DNA from: Candidatus Latescibacterota bacterium
GTDB taxonomy: Bacteria; Latescibacterota; UBA2968
Assembly (NCBI GenBank): GCA_965204745.1
Contig: OZ242010.1
Span: 704,001 to 768,000, forward strand
DNA: 64,000 nucleotides
Reading direction: 5' to 3'
Below are positions 59,670 through 64,000 of this stretch, one piece after another. A model generated the notes under the pieces. It had not been told where the DNA came from, did no database searches, and was given only the letters and a program-made list of their open reading frames with translations. Numbering within the stretch: position 1 is the stretch's first letter; each line of letters begins with the position of its first letter. Both the position numbers and the translations under genes were made by a program.

Positions 59670-61286
59670 TCAGTTGACTGACTTTCCAAAATTTGCGACA
59701 AAGATGAGAAAATCGGGAAAATCCACGCTACCCGAGTTGTCGAGATCGAATTTTTCATTGGCTGTGCCAAAAGCTTGGGCAAACAAGAGGAAGTCTGAAA
59801 AGTCAATCTTGCCCGACTCATCAAAGTCGGAGCGTTTGAGTGGCCCGGTGACCGATCCGGTGAGGGTCAGGCTGATCGTGGCGTTTTCCGGATCGTCCGA
59901 TTGAATGTCAATGGTGCCTGTGATTGCCCCTTCGGATTGCGGGTCAAACGTCACGGTGATGTCGTGAGATTGACCGGCGGGCACGGTGAATTGGGTTTCC
60001 GAAAATGTGATGCCCGCAATGTCGGATCGGATGTCCGTAACGGTGAGCGGGCCTGTGCCGCTGTTGTCGATAGTGATCGTTTCCGTGATGCGGTTGCCCA
60101 CCTCAATTTCGCCCAAACTCACACTTTCTCGAATGAGTGCAATGCTCGGGACGGGGATAGCAGTGACCGATCCGGTGAGGGTCAGGCTGATCGTGGCGTT
60201 TTCCGGATCGTCTGAAAGGATGTCAATGGTGCCTGTGATTGCCCCTTCGGCTTGCGGATTGAACGTCACGGTGATGACGCGAGATTGACCGGCGGGCACG
60301 GTGAATTGGGTTTCCGAAAATGTGATGCCCGCGATGTCAGATCGAATGTCCGTAACGGTGAGCGGGCCTGTGCCGCTGTTGTCGATAGTGAATGTTTTTG
60401 TGATGCGGTTGCCCACCTCAATTTCACCCAAACTCAAACTTTCTTGAATGAGTGCAATGCTCGGCAATGGAGCCATTTCAATGGTGAGATTCAACACAGG
60501 TACTCGCAAGGTGCCGACGCTTTGGTCCCTGTGTTGCAAGGTGAGGCTGCCCGAAAAAGTGCCGGGTTGCGTTGGCGTGAGGGTGATTTGAACGGTTGCA
60601 GTTTCGCCGGGGCCGATAGTCAGGGTCTCTGGCGTCATGGTGATGCCGTCGGGTGCTCTGTATCCGGTGATTTCGAGCGGCCCCGTGCCCGTGTTGCGGA
60701 TTTCGAGTTCAACGGTTTTGGACTGCCCCACTTCAAGCGTTCTGCCAAAGTAAAGCCCTTGAGTGGGATCAGGAAATAGGGAAATCACCGGCCGGCGATT
60801 GATGAGGGCGTCGACTTCTCTGTTGACTGCGGCATAATTGCCAGTGCCGAGTGCATTGGTCCTCAGGCGCAAGATGCCTTCTTGGTCAATGACGAGGATA
60901 GCTTCGTTGCGGGTGCCATACTCTCTGGATATGTCGTGCGCCTGCATGATCATAGGCGTCGTTACCCTGGCTCGTCTCCGATAGGACTCTGCCTGCTGAC
61001 GATTGCCTCTGTATCTGTCGAGCGTGAGGACTTGGACGCCGGGTTTGTTGCGGTTGGGTTGATGAACCTGGGATTCAAAGGCGGGACCCGCCCCTATACA
61101 GGTATCTCAGTTCCATCCGACAAAAAAGAGGACGGAGATCGTGTTGCTCGAATGGCTGACGCCATACGACCGACCATCGGTGGCCCCAAGTTGAAATTCG
61201 CTCATTTTGTCACCCACCCGTGGTTGGGCGAAAGCGGTCGTACACAGACCAAGCGACAAAAGAAAAAAGAAAATACGGTGTTTCAT
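59670..61286 (-). CDS. Secreted selenoprotein: UxxC redoxin domain + 3 ASH/choice-of-anchor-D-like Ig domains + C-terminal EF-hand/dockerin-like tag (538 aa, Sec60)
   Basis: ATG 61286 with GGAGG RBS and signal peptide; in-frame TGA 61107-61109 in LFFVGWN-U-DTC; the frame stays open into ORF 59670..60953; SECIS-like hairpin follows. Confidence 0.88.
61077..61095 (-). promoter_or_regulatory. Putative bacterial SECIS element
   Basis: AGGGGCGG-GUC-CCGCCUUU stem-loop; the G-initiated apical loop begins 19 nt 3' of the UGA. Confidence 0.75.
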
Positions 61287-61521
61287 GGTGTTCCTCCATA
61301 AAAGGTGTGAGACGGGACGTTGGCTACGCTTGCGCGTGCGCCAGAGTGACGATATGGTTGGGCGGGGTGGACTGACCACTGACTACTGACCACTGACCAC
61401 TGAATATAGCAAATCTCTTTCGTTCGCGCCAAGAAAATGTATCGGGGTTTGCGCTTGATTTTGGGGGGTGGCTTTTCTACATTGTGTTCACGTTTTGGCG
61501 TTTTTGGAGTTCCCATTTTTT

Positions 61522-62655
61522 ATGTCTCTATCTTCAAATGACTTTGACGCCGCGATTCAGCAGGCGATAGCGCGCCGCGATAGTGGCGATTTGGACGCGG
61601 CGATAGCGGGGTTTGATGCGGCTATCGCGATCTGCGATAGCGACCCGGCGGCGTATGTGCATCGCGGGATCGCAAATGGGCAACTGGAGCGATTCGACGC
61701 GGCAATAGCGGATTTTGACCGCGCCATCGCGCTCGCGCCCGGCGATCCATGGGTGTGGACGAATCGGGCGATAGCATGCGGGTTGATGGGGCAATTCGAC
61801 GCGGCGATAGAGAGCTTCGACCGGGCTATCGCGCTCGATCCAAGGGATACGCAGGCCCTCGCCAGCCGCGGGGAAACCCTGCGCGAGATGGGGCGGCTTG
61901 ACGAGGCGTTGGCGGATCTCAACCGGGTTTTGGAATTGGATGCGGATTATTTTGGCGCGTTGATCAGCCGAGGGCATGCGTGCCTGGCGATGGGACAATG
62001 CGATGCGGCAGCGGGTGATTTTGATCGGGCCATCGCCGTGGGCAATGGGCATCCGGATGCGTTTGCCGGGCGGGCCGAGGTCTATCGCCGGGTGGGGGCG
62101 AGCGAGGCCGCGATTGCGATGTACGGGCAGGCCCTCGGCGCGATGCCCGATCACTTGGGCGCGTTGATCGGCCGGGCCGAGGTGTTGCGGGCGAATGGGC
62201 AATGGGCAGACGCGCTCGCGGATTTTGACCGCGCGCTCGGTCTCGCGCCGGATGATCCCGATTTGTTGGCCGGACGAGGGGATGTCGCGTTGCAACTGGG
62301 GCAAAGTGCCGAGGCGATCCGCGATTTTACCGCGGCATTGAATCGGGCGCCGGATCATCTGTGGGCGTTGATGGGGCGTGGGGTCGCGCTGCGAATGGCG
62401 AATGATCTGGAGGCGTCGCTCGCGGATTTTGACCGGGCCGTGCAAATCGAGACCGGGGATACGTGGGTTTGGGCACAGCGCGGGGAGACGCGGCGGATGC
62501 TCGGGGAATACGAAGAAGCGGTTGCAGATTTTACGCACGCGCTGGATCTCGATCCGGAAAACAGCTACGCACGGGAATGCCGGGCAGAGGCGTTTCGGCA
62601 ACTGGGCCGCTTTGTGGAAGCGGTTGAAGATCTGAACAGAGCAAGGGCGGAATGA
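61522..62655 (+). CDS. All-TPR protein (about 11 repeats), cytoplasmic
   Basis: 34-aa repeats A...RG......G....A.ADFDRA..L.P; no signal peptide. Confidence 0.9.
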   Translation: MSLSSNDFDAAIQQAIARRDSGDLDAAIAGFDAAIAICDSDPAAYVHRGIANGQLERFDAAIADFDRAIALAPGDPWVWTNRAIACGLMGQFDAAIESFDRAIALDPRDTQALASRGETLREMGRLDEALADLNRVLELDADYFGALISRGHACLAMGQCDAAAGDFDRAIAVGNGHPDAFAGRAEVYRRVGASEAAIAMYGQALGAMPDHLGALIGRAEVLRANGQWADALADFDRALGLAPDDPDLLAGRGDVALQLGQSAEAIRDFTAALNRAPDHLWALMGRGVALRMANDLEASLADFDRAVQIETGDTWVWAQRGETRRMLGEYEEAVADFTHALDLDPENSYARECRAEAFRQLGRFVEAVEDLNRARAE

Positions 62656-63659
62656 GCGAATCGCATCACATTGTCATTGCGGACCGCACGGTTGCGTTTG
62701 AAGAGACGATAGCCCGGTTTGGCGCGGCATTGTCCAAGATGTGTCGGTTTCAAACGCGGGCGCGGCGGTTTTACAAGACCGTGTGGATCGCGGATTGTTA
62801 TACGGATTACGTGCAATCCGCGCTGTTTCGCAAGTACGAAGGGCCGCTGATGGAGGGCATTGCCCTGCGGACCATGGGCAAGGGGTTGTCCAAAGCGCAA
62901 GTGTTGGCAGGGGCCCTGGCCGAGGCCGTGGAGCGCGTGTCGTTTTTTGACGCGCTAGCCCATGGGCGCGAGACCCCGATTTACGAGTTGACGCCGGATG
63001 TCGCGCTTGTGCAGACTGACATGAAAGCGGCGGATGTGCCGCATTTGAACGATTCGGCCAATGGAGTCTCGGCGGGCAATACCGTGCTGGAGTGCGTGTT
63101 TCACGGCTTGTTGGAGATGCACGAGCACCTGGATGTGGGGATGCACTTTTACTGGCCGGGGTTGAAACACCGGCAATTTGTCGATCCCATGCTGACGGGA
63201 TTTCCCGCACACATTGCCGAGAAGATGCTGGCCGTGGCCGCGCCGGGGGAAAACGAAAAGGTGACGACGGTTCACGCGGTTGTGTGTCCCAAAGACCTGG
63301 GGCCGCTGGTTCGCACATGCACGCATTTGGACGGGCGAATGGCGTTGCAACGGGCGTTTAATGAAACGGTGCAGAGTCACAAGACCCGGTTTGTGTCCGA
63401 TTTGCAGACGTTTGCTCCGGAGATCGACGTGTGGGATTTGCCCAATCATTTTACGGATGATTTGGTTGCGGATATTCAGGTGGTGATGAGCGGCATGAAG
63501 CATCCGGTTTACGTGCAAGATTGGACGCATCCCGAGATGCAGATTCCGGTGTTGCGCCCCTTTAGCTTGCAGACACCAGCACGCGATCACGCGATGGTCG
63601 AGACGTATGTCCATCGCATTATGGTGGATTCGGGGGATTATATGGTGTGGGGATTTTAG
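62652..63659 (+). CDS. YcaO-like family protein (compact, 335 aa)
   Basis: GKGLSKAQVLAGALAEAVER, SANGVSAGNT..ECVFHGLLEMHE, ALQRAFNETVQ motifs; ATGA overlap with the TPR gene. Confidence 0.82.
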   Translation: MSESHHIVIADRTVAFEETIARFGAALSKMCRFQTRARRFYKTVWIADCYTDYVQSALFRKYEGPLMEGIALRTMGKGLSKAQVLAGALAEAVERVSFFDALAHGRETPIYELTPDVALVQTDMKAADVPHLNDSANGVSAGNTVLECVFHGLLEMHEHLDVGMHFYWPGLKHRQFVDPMLTGFPAHIAEKMLAVAAPGENEKVTTVHAVVCPKDLGPLVRTCTHLDGRMALQRAFNETVQSHKTRFVSDLQTFAPEIDVWDLPNHFTDDLVADIQVVMSGMKHPVYVQDWTHPEMQIPVLRPFSLQTPARDHAMVETYVHRIMVDSGDYMVWGF

Positions 63660-63679
63660 GGCGTGTTGACATTTAAGGA

Positions 63680-63914
63680 GGACCTATCCCCCGGCCCCTT
63701 TCCTACGAGGAAAGGGGAGTAAAGCTCTTTTGGTGGCTTATAGCTATGGTTGCTCTGAGGGCGTTGACCGAGGGTATAAAGCGATTAAAAATCCCTCATC
63801 AATACCCTCGCAAAACCGCTCGCCATTCCCCCCTTCCTTGCAGGAAGGGGGCCAGGGGGGTAGGTCCAAACAAAAAGACAAGTACGCAATGGATTCAACG
63901 CTTAATTCGCATTG
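63680..63914. mobile_element. MITE/REPIN-like element of the same family as 33751-34140 and 41477-41834
   Basis: GGACCTATCCCCCGGCCCCTTTCCT..AGGAAAGGGG ... CCCCCCTTCCT..AGGAAGGGGGCCAGGGGGGTAGGTCC (63680-63867), then GGATTCAACGCTTAATTCGCATTG. Confidence 0.78.
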
Positions 63915-64000
63915 TCAGTAGTCAGTAAAACCAGTCAGTTCACCCAGTCCCATCAGTCGTAGGGACAGGCCCCGTGCCTGTCCATTGAGGTGCGAGGGTC

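Noticed and set aside
1-64000. tRNA or rRNA genes (including selC)
   Set aside because: No cloverleaf or rRNA-like sequence recognised by eye; a tRNAscan-SE/Infernal run would be needed to exclude them formally

Overview
GC-rich bacterial window. The C-terminal 'SDFDxSGxIDFxDFLxFAxAFG' EF-hand/dockerin-like tag and the giant Ig-repeat protein suggest a Latescibacterota-like, possibly host-associated organism (inference only). Bases 1-28.4 kb hold one giant minus-strand secreted repeat protein (>9,200 aa, running off the window). It is split by a 1-bp deletion at ~16536 and a scrambled patch at ~195-670, and is preceded by a C21 homopolymer next to a perfect hairpin and by a stand-alone Rpn C-terminal-like gene. 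The rest mixes housekeeping genes (alpha-carbonic anhydrase, nadE, PpiD/SurA-like, M23 peptidase, rhomboid, recG, YtfI/YtfJ-like, phosphohexomutase, IlvD/Edd, penicillin-acylase family) with accessory material: an ABC-ATPase plus a DUF3226-like partner that is broken twice, an IS607-type tnpB with decayed tnpA, orphan antitoxin-like genes, REP/MITE families, a redoxin-cytochrome c-copper monooxygenase fusion and a TPR-YcaO pair. The strongest hidden feature is a secreted selenoprotein that the ORF track splits in two (59670-61286, minus): a UxxC redoxin domain with a SECIS-like hairpin, fused to three Ig-like domains and a dockerin-like tail. No rRNA, tRNA or CRISPR array was recognised. All calls come from reading motifs by eye; no database searches were run.
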